Origin: Candidatus Aldehydirespiratoraceae bacterium
Lineage (GTDB): Bacteria > Actinomycetota > Acidimicrobiia > Acidimicrobiales > Aldehydirespiratoraceae
Assembly: GCA_965205465.1 (NCBI GenBank)
Contig: OZ242187.1
Coordinates: 2,454,244-2,518,243 of the forward strand
DNA length: 64,000 bases
Direction: 5' to 3'
Below are positions 45,238-54,938 of the stretch, piece after piece. A program made the position numbers and the translations under genes. Position 1 is the stretch's first letter. Each line of letters starts with the position of its first letter. Under the pieces are notes generated by a model, which made no database searches, was not told the DNA's origin, and saw only the letters and a program-made list of their open reading frames with translations.

Positions 45238-46323
45238 TCACTCGAAGAATTGAACGCAATTGAGTTCCTCGAACGCCTGGATGAGTCGTGCGCCGAACGA
45301 CGCCTCACCAGCACGAAGCCAGCCCCGCGGGTCGTAGTGCTTCTTGTTCGGTGCGTCCTTGCCCTCGGGGTTGCCGATCTGCCCTTGTAGGTAGTCGCCC
45401 CGCTCGTTGGAGTAGTCCCGGACACCCGACCAGAAGGCCCACTGCAGATCGGTGTCGATGTTCATCTTGATCACGCCATACCCGATCGCCTCGCGAATCT
45501 CAGCCTCAGTCGAGCCTGATCCTCCGTGGAACACGAAGTTGACTGGTTTGGGCGACGCGGTGTCGAACTCCGTGTGTACATGAGCCTGAGCGTCGCGCAG
45601 AATGGTGGGCGTCAGCTTCACGTTGCCTGGCCGGTACACGCCGTGCACGTTTCCGAACGCGGCGGCGATAGTGAAGTTGGGCGAGACTTTCTGGAGTTGG
45701 CCGTAGGCGTAGGCGACTTCTTCGGTCGTCGAGTACAGATCCTCGGGACTTGCGTCTTCGTTGTTGACACCATCTTCCTCACCTCCGGTGATGCCGAGTT
45801 CGATTTCGAGCGTCATGCCCATGGCGGTCATGCGTTCGAGGTACTTGGAGCATGTGTCGATGTTCTGCTCGATCGGCTCTTCGGAGAGGTCGAGCATGTG
45901 GGAACTGAATAGAGGGCGACCGGTCGCTGCGTAGACCGCCTCACCTTCGTCCAGCAGCCCGTCGATCCATGGCAGCAGCTTGCGCGCAGCGTGATCCGTG
46001 TGGAGAATTACGCGCGCGCCGTACGAAGCGGCAAGGGCGTTGACGTGGTGGGCAGCCGCGGTGGCCCCTGCGACCGCGGCGTCGTTCGAGCCCAACCCGA
46101 TTCCCTTGCCAGCGTTGAACGCTGCTCCGCCGCTCGAGAACTGAATGATCACGGGACTGTTTACCGCGACCGCAGCTTCCATTGCCGCGTTCATCGAGTT
46201 GCTTCCGACGCAGTTCACCGCCGGGATCGCTCTCTGCTCCGCCTTGGCTTTGGCGAAGATTTCACGGAGCGAGGAACCGGTCAGAACTCCAGCGGGGAAG
46301 TCAGTGTTTAATTCTGCTACCAT
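45238..46323 (-). CDS. fba: Class II fructose-1,6-bisphosphate aldolase
   Basis: AIPAVNCVGSNSMNAAMEAAVAVNSPVIIQFSSGGA...ILHTDHA...VFHGGSGS. Start at ATG 46323 (MVAELNTDF...). Confidence 0.9.
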   Translation of the reverse strand: MVAELNTDFPAGVLTGSSLREIFAKAKAEQRAIPAVNCVGSNSMNAAMEAAVAVNSPVIIQFSSGGAAFNAGKGIGLGSNDAAVAGATAAAHHVNALAASYGARVILHTDHAARKLLPWIDGLLDEGEAVYAATGRPLFSSHMLDLSEEPIEQNIDTCSKYLERMTAMGMTLEIELGITGGEEDGVNNEDASPEDLYSTTEEVAYAYGQLQKVSPNFTIAAAFGNVHGVYRPGNVKLTPTILRDAQAHVHTEFDTASPKPVNFVFHGGSGSTEAEIREAIGYGVIKMNIDTDLQWAFWSGVRDYSNERGDYLQGQIGNPEGKDAPNKKHYDPRGWLRAGEASFGARLIQAFEELNCVQFFE

Positions 46324-46470
46324 CGACTCAGGATAACGGAGCGGTTCGGCGATGATCAAGGTTTCGAGCGAGAGCAGCGTCCGACCTGTGGCGACAATCG
46401 ACTCGGTAGTGTTCGACCTAAATGGCACACTCGTGGACTCGCGGGGCGCACTGGCTCGGACACGCAGTGA

Positions 46471-46960
46471 GGCGGTCCGTCAGCCCCCGGTGGCTGGACC
46501 GAATGGCCGGCCCCGATCCTCGTTGGTTGCCGGGAACCCCGCCCCGAGGGCGCACCGGACCTTGACGGCTATTGGCAGACGTTCGAAGTGACGGTTAACG
46601 ATGAGGTCGTACCCGACCATCACGGCTTGGGGGTTGTCACTCGGATCGAACAAGCCGGAGATCGAATAATCGTGATCGGTGGGGGGGGTGGTTCACGACA
46701 TGCGCTGCGACGGCACGCTTGAGAACGGAGTCCGTGACGTGGCCGAGTTCGATAAGAGCACTGAGATCATCGTTGCGGCGAGTTACGAAGACGGTGTACA
46801 TGTGCTGCGCCCCCAAGGTATGAACTTTGAGGTCCGTCGTTGGCGCGAGGGTGCACACTTGATGTGGGACTACGCCATGTTCGTGGCGCGGATGAGGCAC
46901 CTCGGGTCATCAGACGCTGATCCCCAGGAGGTCCTAGCCTCAGTCGCGGTCCGCTCCTAG
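46471..46960 (+). pseudogene. 5'-truncated, frameshifted paralogue of 43224..43748
   Basis: Homology starts at ~46484 with no start codon. Frame 1 (…GGWTEWPAPILVGC…) switches to frame 2 (GGVVHDMRCDGTLENG…) at a G8 run (46681-46688), where copy 1 has GGCGGGGGCG. Confidence 0.6.
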
Positions 46961-46971
46961 GAGGTGCCGGG

Positions 46972-47898
46972 ATGAAGACCCGGATCACAGAACTCTTGGG
47001 GATTGACATCCCGGTGGTGCAGGCCCCAATGGGTTACATCGCCCGGGCGCAGTTGGCTTCGGCGGTATCCAACGCTGGAGGTATGGGCATCATTGAGACG
47101 TCCTCGGGTCAACTCGATGAGATCAAGGTGGAGATCGCCAAGATGCGTGACCTCACCGACCGCCCGTGGGGGGTCAACATCGCTCAGATGTTGATGCCGG
47201 ACGCCACTGTGATCGATTTTGTGATTGAACACGATGTGCGGTTCGTGACGACCTCGGCAGGCGATCCTCGGCGTTTCACTTCAATGCTCAAGGCTGCGGG
47301 GATCACCGTGTTTCATGTGGTGCCGACCTTACGAGGCGCGCTCAAAGCGGTTGACGCTGGGGTGGACGGATTGATCGTGGAGGGAGTCGAGGGCGGCGGT
47401 TTCAAGAACGCCCACGGGTCGTCGACGATGGTGCTGACGCCACTGGTAAGAGCCGCGGTGGAGGTGCCGGTGATCGCTGCGGGAGGTATCTGCGACGGTG
47501 TGTCGATGGCCGCCGCGCTAACGCTCGGCGCCGACGGTGTACAGATGGGCACGCGAATGCTGTCCGCTTCAGAGTCACCGGTTCACGACAACTGGAAACA
47601 GGCGGTAATAGCGGCCGCAGAGACCGACACGGTGTTGTTGAACCGATTCGGACGTCCGGGCATGCGGGCGTTGCGAACAGAGCTGACAGCTGAGATGGAG
47701 CACAGCGATCAAGTTCATCTGCCTGGGTTGGATCTGCTCATGGAGCAGTACTTCGGTGGGCGGATGGATGTGGCGGTGCCGTTCGGCGGCCAAGTAATGG
47801 GCCGTATCGATGAAGTGCGCCCGGTGGCCGACATCTTGCGGGAATCCTGGCATGATTGCCAGGCCCGCCTCCGTTCCCTAGGCGAGGCTGCCGGGTAA
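46972..47898 (+). CDS. Nitronate monooxygenase / NMO-family flavin oxidoreductase
   Basis: LGIDIPVVQAPMGYIARAQLASAVSNAGGMGIIE...VIAAGGICDG. Confidence 0.8.
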   Translation: MKTRITELLGIDIPVVQAPMGYIARAQLASAVSNAGGMGIIETSSGQLDEIKVEIAKMRDLTDRPWGVNIAQMLMPDATVIDFVIEHDVRFVTTSAGDPRRFTSMLKAAGITVFHVVPTLRGALKAVDAGVDGLIVEGVEGGGFKNAHGSSTMVLTPLVRAAVEVPVIAAGGICDGVSMAAALTLGADGVQMGTRMLSASESPVHDNWKQAVIAAAETDTVLLNRFGRPGMRALRTELTAEMEHSDQVHLPGLDLLMEQYFGGRMDVAVPFGGQVMGRIDEVRPVADILRESWHDCQARLRSLGEAAG

Positions 47899-48019
47899 CG
47901 AAACTAACGGCTACTGGCTATGGACCAAGGCGCAGTGAAAGCAACCGGTTCGCCTGTGGCGAATGCCGTTTCGGAGGGGTTTTTGACGCGCACGTCAACG
48001 GCCATGACAAGCTGAGAGC

Positions 48020-49501
48020 GTGCAAGCAACGCCGGATGAGCGACCGATAGTGAGGGCCAGAGGCCCTCACCCGTTGGTTGCTGCGGCGCTTTCGGTGATT
48101 TGGCCCGGTCTCGGACATTTCGGGCATCGCAACCGCCGCGCTTTGGTACTGCTACTGAGCTCACTCGCACTTAGCGGCGCGTTGGTTGCCTATGTTGCCA
48201 CGCGCAGCAAGACGACCCTGCTCACCTGGACTGTTTCGCGGTCACCGCTGTGGATCGCCATCGTGATTGCGGGACTGGTTCTGGTATTTCGCATTTGGGT
48301 CGCGGTTGACGCTTACATGGTTGCGCGGGGCTGGCCTCAACCCATGGGTCGTTCGCTTCTGGCCCATCGAGCGATTGCTACGGTCACGTTTGTTGTTCTG
48401 GCCGGAATTATTGCCGTGCCTCACTTCTTTGCTGTGCGGTACGCGGTTGCTCAACTAGATCTCTTGTACGACGTTTTCAGTGCAACGACCACGGTGACCG
48501 CCAACCCGACCCCGCTAGTCGATCCAAACGAGTCACCCGACCGAATCGCTCCTGGGCAGGGTTCAACAGACCAGGATTCGGCGTCGGGGTCGACAACGAC
48601 TCCTGCTGAGGCATCGCGGCTCAGAGAAACTTGGGACGGGGAGGAACGCTTGACCATCGCGTTGCTCGGCGGTGACGGCGGATTCGGGCGCAGTGGAGTA
48701 CGAACCGACACGATCATTGTGGTTTCAATTGACGTGGCCACAGGTGACGCCGCCGCTTTCAGCATCCCCCGCAATTGGAGAGACCTGACTTTCCCGGAAG
48801 GAACGCCCGCGGCCGAACGATGGCCTGAGGGTTTTCCCGGTATTGCCAACGAGGTGTACGCCCTGGGTTTGCGTTTCCCTGACACGTTCCCGAACGTTGA
48901 CGATCCGGCAGGTCACGCAATCAAGTCCGCCCTTGCCCAGCTGACCGGTTTACCGATCCAGTACTACGTAGTCATTGACATGGTTGGTCTTGTCGACAGC
49001 ATCGACTTGTTCGGCGGTATCGACTTGCGTGTCACCGAAACGATCAACGAGCGACTCAAGCCCATTGTCCGAGGAGGACCACCGATCGACATAGTGGTCG
49101 AACCCGGGGACTACCATTTTGATGGCTTGACCGCGTTGGCGTACGTGAGGACGAGAACCGGAACGTCTGACTACCACCGCATGACCCGGCAGCGATGCGT
49201 GGTCGAAGCCTTGATCGACCAGGTGTCGATCCCAGATGTGTTCACCAATTTCGTTTCGTTGACTGGAATCATCTCTGCCCATGTCAAGACTGACATTCCG
49301 CTTGATCGTCTTGATGAACTCGTTGGGGTTGCCCGCAAGCTCGATACTTCCAAGGTTGTCACGGCCAATTTCATCCCGCCTGAATTCCCGCGGGGCAGCG
49401 TGCCGACTGCGCTGGTACGAGAGGCCGTTACCGAGGCGCTCTTGGGCGTCACGAACGAAGCTAATGCGTCTCTCTCCGAGGCCTGTCAAAACCCCGGGTA
49501 G
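48020..49501 (+). CDS. LCP (LytR-CpsA-Psr) family cell-envelope phosphotransferase
   Basis: N-terminal TM segments, then LTIALLGGDGG...RTDTIIVVSID...AAFSIPRN...ALAYVRTR. Confidence 0.8.
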   Translation: MQATPDERPIVRARGPHPLVAAALSVIWPGLGHFGHRNRRALVLLLSSLALSGALVAYVATRSKTTLLTWTVSRSPLWIAIVIAGLVLVFRIWVAVDAYMVARGWPQPMGRSLLAHRAIATVTFVVLAGIIAVPHFFAVRYAVAQLDLLYDVFSATTTVTANPTPLVDPNESPDRIAPGQGSTDQDSASGSTTTPAEASRLRETWDGEERLTIALLGGDGGFGRSGVRTDTIIVVSIDVATGDAAAFSIPRNWRDLTFPEGTPAAERWPEGFPGIANEVYALGLRFPDTFPNVDDPAGHAIKSALAQLTGLPIQYYVVIDMVGLVDSIDLFGGIDLRVTETINERLKPIVRGGPPIDIVVEPGDYHFDGLTALAYVRTRTGTSDYHRMTRQRCVVEALIDQVSIPDVFTNFVSLTGIISAHVKTDIPLDRLDELVGVARKLDTSKVVTANFIPPEFPRGSVPTALVREAVTEALLGVTNEANASLSEACQNPG

Positions 49502-50285
49502 GAAGCACGTCGGTGTGGTCGTGCCCGGGATGGCTGTGGTGCCCATGGTCGTCCAGCACGATCATGTCGTGATCGTGTGTGTGGTTGGCGTGGTCACCGA
49601 GCAAGCGTTTCCCGAACGCCTGCCGGAGCCGCTCCTCGGTGAGCATTTCTTGCGGGCTGCCAGCCCCGATGAGCCTGTTGGCGAGCAACATCACAGAATC
49701 ACAGTGCCGGGCCTCATCAAGGTGGTGTGTGGTGAGGATCACAATCGCGCCCCGGCGGGAATATTCCTCGATCATCGCAAGGATTCGGTCTTGGCTTGGG
49801 ATGTCCAGTCCTGTTATTGGCTCATCCAGCAGGAGCATTTCGGGTTCGGAGGCCAGCACTTGGGCAATCCTCACCCGCTGCTGTTGTCCACCGCTGAGTT
49901 CGCCGAAACTGTGATTCAAAAGGTGGTTGATGTTGAGGCGCTCGCCGGCGGCGTGCATGGCTGCTCGGTCAGCGGCCTTGAGCCGGCCGGTTAGGCCCCG
50001 CTCGCGATATCTGCCCATTGCTAACACTTCGTAGGGGGTGAGAGGCATCCAGGTGGCGGGCAGGTGTTGGCAGACGTATGCAAGCCGGTCGGGTACGCCA
50101 TCGATCTGTCCGGAGGTGGGGTGTATCAAACCAGCGATGCTCTCCAGCATTGTGGTCTTGCCCGAGCCGTTGACTCCCATGACCGCGGTGGATGTGCCGG
50201 GTTCGAACCTGTGGGTGACATCGTCGAGAGCGTTGAAGTCGTCGAATCGAACGGTCAGGTTCTCAACTTTCACGGCCATCTTCAC
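49461..50285 (-). CDS. znuC: Metal (zinc-type) ABC transporter ATP-binding protein with His-rich tail
   Basis: Walker A GVNGSGKTT, signature LSGGQQQR, Walker B LLLDEP. C-terminal HANHTHDHD...HGHHSHPGHDH. Confidence 0.7.
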   Translation of the reverse strand: MKMAVKVENLTVRFDDFNALDDVTHRFEPGTSTAVMGVNGSGKTTMLESIAGLIHPTSGQIDGVPDRLAYVCQHLPATWMPLTPYEVLAMGRYRERGLTGRLKAADRAAMHAAGERLNINHLLNHSFGELSGGQQQRVRIAQVLASEPEMLLLDEPITGLDIPSQDRILAMIEEYSRRGAIVILTTHHLDEARHCDSVMLLANRLIGAGSPQEMLTEERLRQAFGKRLLGDHANHTHDHDMIVLDDHGHHSHPGHDHTDVLPTRGFDRPRRETH

Positions 50286-50294
50286 GCAGTCAGA

Positions 50295-51335
50295 CTAGTT
50301 GGGCTGTGCAGAGGAAAACCGACGGCTTCTCCGTTCCGTTCTGCTCGGCAGAAAGTCAGCACCGCAGCTGTCCTCAGCGCAGTCAGTACCGACAGATTCG
50401 AATTGGAAGGTTGTGTGTGTGATTCCGTGTTCCTGCTCGGCGATGCGCTGTAACTCAACCAGCAGCTCCGCTTGATCGCGGGGCCGGTCGGGGTCGATGA
50501 GAACATGAGCCGTCAGCGACACGAAACCTGATGTCACCGTCCATGCATGGACATCGTGAATCGCATCCACACCCGGCACGTTCTCCATGTCCGAGCGCAG
50601 CTTGTGCAGGTCAAGATCCTCCGGTACGCCCTCCATCAACACGGCAAGCACCGTTTTGGCGAGATTCCAAGAACCGATGAGTATCAGCAGCACGATCAAG
50701 ACGCTGATGATCGGGTCGACGATGACAATCCACTCAACGTCACGCCACACCAAGATGATGATTCCTGAGAGCAGAACGCCGATCGAGCCCATGATGTCGG
50801 CCATGACGTGTTGCAGAGCGCCCTTGACGTTGATGCTGTGTTTTGATGGGCCGCGCAGCATATAAGCCACGGCGATGTTCACGAACAAACCGATGCCGCC
50901 GACGACGAGAACGGTGGCTCCTTCGACCTCCGTTTCCCGCCAGCTATTAAAGCGGTTGATCGCTTCCCACATGATCCAGCCCGAGATCAGCCATAAGGAC
51001 ACGACGTTGACCCCGGCCGCCAGAACCTCGGCGCGGTTGCTGCCGTAGGTGCGCTTGGCCGAGGCCGGCCGTTTGGCCAGCCGGATGGCGAAGAGCGCCA
51101 AAGCGATGGAAGCGCTGTCGGTAAGCATGTGGCCCGCGTCGGCGATCAGCGCCAGGCTTCCCGAGATCACGCCTCCTAGGACCTCGACGACCATGAAGAG
51201 GCCTGTAATCGCCAGCGCGCCGACAAGGACGCGTCGCGATGCCGCTCTCAGATCGTGATGGTCGTGCCCGTTGTTCTGGTTGCTGCTGTCGCCTGAGGCG
51301 GATCGAGCCCTGCGTCTACGCAGTCTGCGAGCCAT
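50295..51335 (-). CDS. Cation diffusion facilitator (CzcD/ZitB-like) efflux transporter
   Basis: LIADAGHMLTDSAS, ALQHVMADIMGS, C-terminal VHDVHAWT...; N-terminal His-rich NGHDHHD. Confidence 0.85.
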   Translation of the reverse strand: MARRLRRRRARSASGDSSNQNNGHDHHDLRAASRRVLVGALAITGLFMVVEVLGGVISGSLALIADAGHMLTDSASIALALFAIRLAKRPASAKRTYGSNRAEVLAAGVNVVSLWLISGWIMWEAINRFNSWRETEVEGATVLVVGGIGLFVNIAVAYMLRGPSKHSINVKGALQHVMADIMGSIGVLLSGIIILVWRDVEWIVIVDPIISVLIVLLILIGSWNLAKTVLAVLMEGVPEDLDLHKLRSDMENVPGVDAIHDVHAWTVTSGFVSLTAHVLIDPDRPRDQAELLVELQRIAEQEHGITHTTFQFESVGTDCAEDSCGADFLPSRTERRSRRFSSAQPN

Positions 51336-51458
51336 GGCATTCCTGACCGGAGTATTGATGGGCTACCAACCTTGATTTCAGTATGCCCGGTTGATTCAGA
51401 AAGAAGCAAGGTTCGACGACGCCTCCGTGCTGGTGACGGGCTGTCAGCGATCCAACTT

Positions 51459-51935
51459 TCAGACGAGACCCTCGCACTTTGCACAGTGACCGTGAAGGTC
51501 AAGGTTGTGATGAAGGGGCTTGAAACTGGCGCGGGTAGCGACCAGGTTGAGGTTCTGATCCAGCAACTCCTCGACTTCATCGTCGAGACGGACATCTTCG
51601 ATAACGCCGCAGTTGACGCATACGAGGTGATGGTGGTGTGAGAGCAATGGCTCGGCCAATTCGAAGTGGGCATGTCCGCCGCCGCTGGTTATGCGGTTGA
51701 CAATTCCGCATCGCTCTAGGACTTCGAGGTTGCGGTAGACGGAACTGGAGGCCAGATCGGGCGCGATTGCGACGATGTCGGGCAGCGTGAGCGGTTGGCT
51801 CGATCCAGCTAATGCATCGACAAGACGGTGGCGCCCGGTTGTATAGCGGTGGTTGTCGTTGGAGAGTCGCTTGTTCACAAAAGCATGACGCTCAAAGGAC
51901 TGGTCGGCGGGTCGGGTTGCTGTTGGCTTTTCCAT
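51459..51935 (-). CDS. zur: Fur-family metalloregulator, probably Zur
   Basis: TTGRHRLVDAL..., HHHHLVCVNCG...HGHCAKC. Divergent from znuA. Confidence 0.7.
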   Translation of the reverse strand: MEKPTATRPADQSFERHAFVNKRLSNDNHRYTTGRHRLVDALAGSSQPLTLPDIVAIAPDLASSSVYRNLEVLERCGIVNRITSGGGHAHFELAEPLLSHHHHLVCVNCGVIEDVRLDDEVEELLDQNLNLVATRASFKPLHHNLDLHGHCAKCEGLV

Positions 51936-51952
51936 CAGGGGTTTAAAATGTA

Positions 51953-51965
51953 AATGAGACTCATT
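51953..51965. promoter_or_regulatory. Candidate Zur operator (6-1-6 palindrome AATGAG-A-CTCATT) in an AT-rich zur/znuA divergent promoter
   Basis: AAAATGTAAATGAGACTCATTATCATAATAG lies between zur (start 51935) and znuA (start 52009). Confidence 0.4.
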
Positions 51966-52008
51966 ATCATAATAGTCAAGTCATCAGCGGTAAAGGGGGA
52001 TCATAGTC

Positions 52009-53073
52009 ATGCGTGTCAGACTGCGAACCATATTGGTAGTCACAGGCCTGGCTCTGGTGATAGCTGGATGCGCAGGATCTTCGGACTCGATGGCCAAAAC
52101 CGAATCTGGCGCTCCGAAAGTACTAGTGACAACCGGTATCTGGGCCGATGTTGTCGCCAATGTGGCCTGTGGTGGAATTGCCGATGTTGAGACGATTGTT
52201 CCGGTCGGTGGCGACCCCCACGGATTCGAGCCGTCGCTTCAAGACCGCGAGCGCATGGAGAACGCCGACCTTGTGGTGGCCAACGGATTGGATCTGGAAC
52301 TTCAACTTGTCGACACGCTCGCGGCGGTTGAGAATTCTGGGACGCCTGTGTTTGAGATCGCGGAACGGATCGAGCCGATTCCTTTCTCTTCGGATCACGA
52401 CGATCACGCCGGGGAAGACGACGATCACGATGCCGACGAGGACCACGACGACCACGACGATCACGATGCCGACGAGGATCACGACGATCACGATGCCGAC
52501 GATGCCGATCACGCCAGCGACGACGGTGGTCACGGCCACGGCAGTGTAGACCCGCATGTCTGGTTCGATCCCGTGCGCGTCTCGGGTGTTTTGAACGAAC
52601 TGGCTCGGCACTTGACTGACGATGCAGGCATTAATGGCGACGCCGTCACCGCATGTTTAGGTGAATACCAAGCGGAGTTGGCCGCGCTGGACCAAGAACT
52701 TGAAGATCTGTTGGAGCAGTTACCAGCCAGGAAACGCAAGTTGGTCACAAACCACGACGCTCTGAGCTATTTTGCTGACCGTTACGGGTTTGAGATCATC
52801 GGGACTGTGCTCCCGTCGCCCACGGCCATATCAGAGACAAACCCGGCCCAGCTTGAGGAATTGGCGAGGACCATCGAGCACGAAGGGGTCAACGCCATAT
52901 TCGCCGAGACGGTGCACTCCAGCGATGATGCCGAAGCGCTCGCCTCGCGGGTCGGCGACGTGGAGGTCGTGACGCTTTATACCGGCAGCCTCGGCCCACC
53001 GGGCAGTGGCGCAGAGGACTATGTCGGGTTAATGCGCACCAATGCACGTCTGATAGTTGACGCGCTCGGTTAG
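52009..53073 (+). CDS. znuA: Zinc ABC transporter substrate-binding protein with His/Asp-rich loop
   Basis: Lipoprotein-like LALVIAGCAG. The long DHDDHAGEDDDHDADEDHDDHDDHDADEDHDDHDADDADH loop is typical of ZnuA. HVWFDP motif. Confidence 0.8.
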   Translation: MRVRLRTILVVTGLALVIAGCAGSSDSMAKTESGAPKVLVTTGIWADVVANVACGGIADVETIVPVGGDPHGFEPSLQDRERMENADLVVANGLDLELQLVDTLAAVENSGTPVFEIAERIEPIPFSSDHDDHAGEDDDHDADEDHDDHDDHDADEDHDDHDADDADHASDDGGHGHGSVDPHVWFDPVRVSGVLNELARHLTDDAGINGDAVTACLGEYQAELAALDQELEDLLEQLPARKRKLVTNHDALSYFADRYGFEIIGTVLPSPTAISETNPAQLEELARTIEHEGVNAIFAETVHSSDDAEALASRVGDVEVVTLYTGSLGPPGSGAEDYVGLMRTNARLIVDALG

Positions 53074-53081
53074 AACTGACT

Positions 53082-53939
53082 GTGGAGTTTCTGACCGACC
53101 CAGTGATGTGGTGGATCGATCCATTCACGTCCAACTCATTCATGCGAAACGCGCTCTACGCGGGCTTGCTTGTGGTACTCACCACCTCGGTTGTGGGCAC
53201 TTGGGTCGTGTTGCGTGGGATGAGCTTTTTGGGCGACGCCCTGGCGCACGGCGTGCTCCCCGGCATCGCTGTGGCGTTCATCATCGGTGTGAACACCACA
53301 ATCGGAGCGTTTGTTGCAGCCTTGGTGATGGTGTTGGGTATCAACTTGATCCGAAATCATTCGCCGCTCCCCGAAGACGCCTCAATTGGTGTGCTCTTCG
53401 TGGGTTTCCTGGCTCTGGCAGTGGTGATCATGTCGAGTTCGTCGGGGTCATACACGGGTGACCTCAATCGCTTTCTGTTCGGCTCGATCACCGGAGTCGA
53501 CTCCGGTGACCTTCGGCGCCAAGCAATCGCGGCGGTGATCTCGCTGGCTGGCGTGACGGTTTTTTATCGAGCGTTTCTGGTGATGACTTTCGACGAAGCC
53601 CAGGCACAGATCTTGGGTCTGCGCCCCCGTCTAGCGCACGCGATGCTGCTGGTGTTGCTTGTGATCTCAATCGTTTCGTCTTTCGAAGCGGTCGGGAACC
53701 TGTTGGTGTTCGCCTTTTTGATCGCGCCGCCCGCTACTGCGGTGCTGCTGGTAAGGAGAGTGCCGCGGATCATGATCGTGGCGACTGCGATCGGAGCGGG
53801 GTCGACAGTGGTCGGGCTGCTCATCAGCTATCACCACAGCACCGCCGCCGGAGCCACGATGGCCCTTGCAACGGTAGTTGTCTTTCTCGTCGTGCTCACG
53901 TCAAAGTCGGCGCTGAATGCAATTGGAGAGCGTCGCTAG
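53082..53939 (+). CDS. znuB: Metal ABC transporter permease
   Basis: Polytopic ABC-3 permease: FLGDALAHGVLPGIA..., 8-9 hydrophobic segments. Confidence 0.8.
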   Translation: MEFLTDPVMWWIDPFTSNSFMRNALYAGLLVVLTTSVVGTWVVLRGMSFLGDALAHGVLPGIAVAFIIGVNTTIGAFVAALVMVLGINLIRNHSPLPEDASIGVLFVGFLALAVVIMSSSSGSYTGDLNRFLFGSITGVDSGDLRRQAIAAVISLAGVTVFYRAFLVMTFDEAQAQILGLRPRLAHAMLLVLLVISIVSSFEAVGNLLVFAFLIAPPATAVLLVRRVPRIMIVATAIGAGSTVVGLLISYHHSTAAGATMALATVVVFLVVLTSKSALNAIGERR

Positions 53940-54138
53940 AACTCAACGCGGCAGACTTTGCCTGCCGGACCCTTGCCCGCCGGACCCTTGACCGAAGGCC
54001 CTAGTCTGTTGTGACGGGAAACAACTGGGGAGCGCAACTTGAATTCGATGCATCGCCAACAGAATCTGAGCGCGCAGCTTCTAGAGATAATCCGCACGAC
54101 CCGGTAGGCCTCTGATTCGAACCGGTTGAGGAGGAAGC

Positions 54139-54927
54139 ATGGATCTGTCCACCATCGACTACGAAGTACGTGACCATGTGGCCCATGTGCGGTTCACCCA
54201 AGGCGACGCCGCCAACGTCATCAACCGAGTCTTCGCTGCGGATTTAAGGGCGGTGATGCTTGAGATCGAGTGGGACGACGAGGTGCGTGCCGTGTCGGTT
54301 ACAGCCGAAGGCAAGTTGTTCAGCGCTGGTGGCGATCTCAAAGAGTTCCATTCCAAAGGCGCGGATCTTCCCAAACACGTCGCCGACCTACTCGCGGACT
54401 TCCACACGGCCATCTACAAGATGAACCGCATCCCCAAACCGTTCGTGGCCGGGGTCCGTGGTGGAGTGGGCGGAGCGGGACTCTCGCTGGTCGGGGCTTT
54501 CGATCTAGTCGTATCCGGTGAATCAGCCAAGTACACGATGGCCTACACCCGAGCGGGTATGACACCCGACGGAACTTCCAGCTACTTCGTTGCCCGCCAC
54601 ATTGGCCTACGTCGGATGCTGGATCTCACGCTCACCAACCGGACGTTGTCAGCAGCCGAAGCCGAAGCTTGGGGGTTGGTGAACCGGGTGGTGCCCGATG
54701 ATGAGGTCGACGAGGCGACTCAGCAGCTCGCTCAACAACTAGCCGACGGTGCCCCGTATGCGATCGGTAACGCCAAGCGCATCATCTATGAGGGTTACGA
54801 GCGGTCTCTCGAAGAAGCCGGCGAGATTGAAGGCGTGATGATCACAGGCGCAGCCGCAACCAACGACGGCAAGGAAGGAATCGCCGCATTTGTTGAGAAA
54901 CGCCGCCCCAACTTCACCGGTTCCTGA
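54139..54927 (+). CDS. Enoyl-CoA hydratase/isomerase (crotonase) family protein
   Basis: FSAGGDLKEF...KPFVAGVRGGVGGAGLSL...; C-terminal EGIAAFVEKRRPNF. Confidence 0.85.
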   Translation: MDLSTIDYEVRDHVAHVRFTQGDAANVINRVFAADLRAVMLEIEWDDEVRAVSVTAEGKLFSAGGDLKEFHSKGADLPKHVADLLADFHTAIYKMNRIPKPFVAGVRGGVGGAGLSLVGAFDLVVSGESAKYTMAYTRAGMTPDGTSSYFVARHIGLRRMLDLTLTNRTLSAAEAEAWGLVNRVVPDDEVDEATQQLAQQLADGAPYAIGNAKRIIYEGYERSLEEAGEIEGVMITGAAATNDGKEGIAAFVEKRRPNFTGS

Positions 54928-54938
54928 GACCCCCGACC

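Noticed and set aside
52380-52540. Nucleotide-level repeats (GACGATCACGATGCCGACGAGGA...) as a VNTR or regulatory repeat
   Set aside because: They lie in frame inside znuA and encode the His/Asp-rich metal-binding loop typical of ZnuA. This is coding low complexity.
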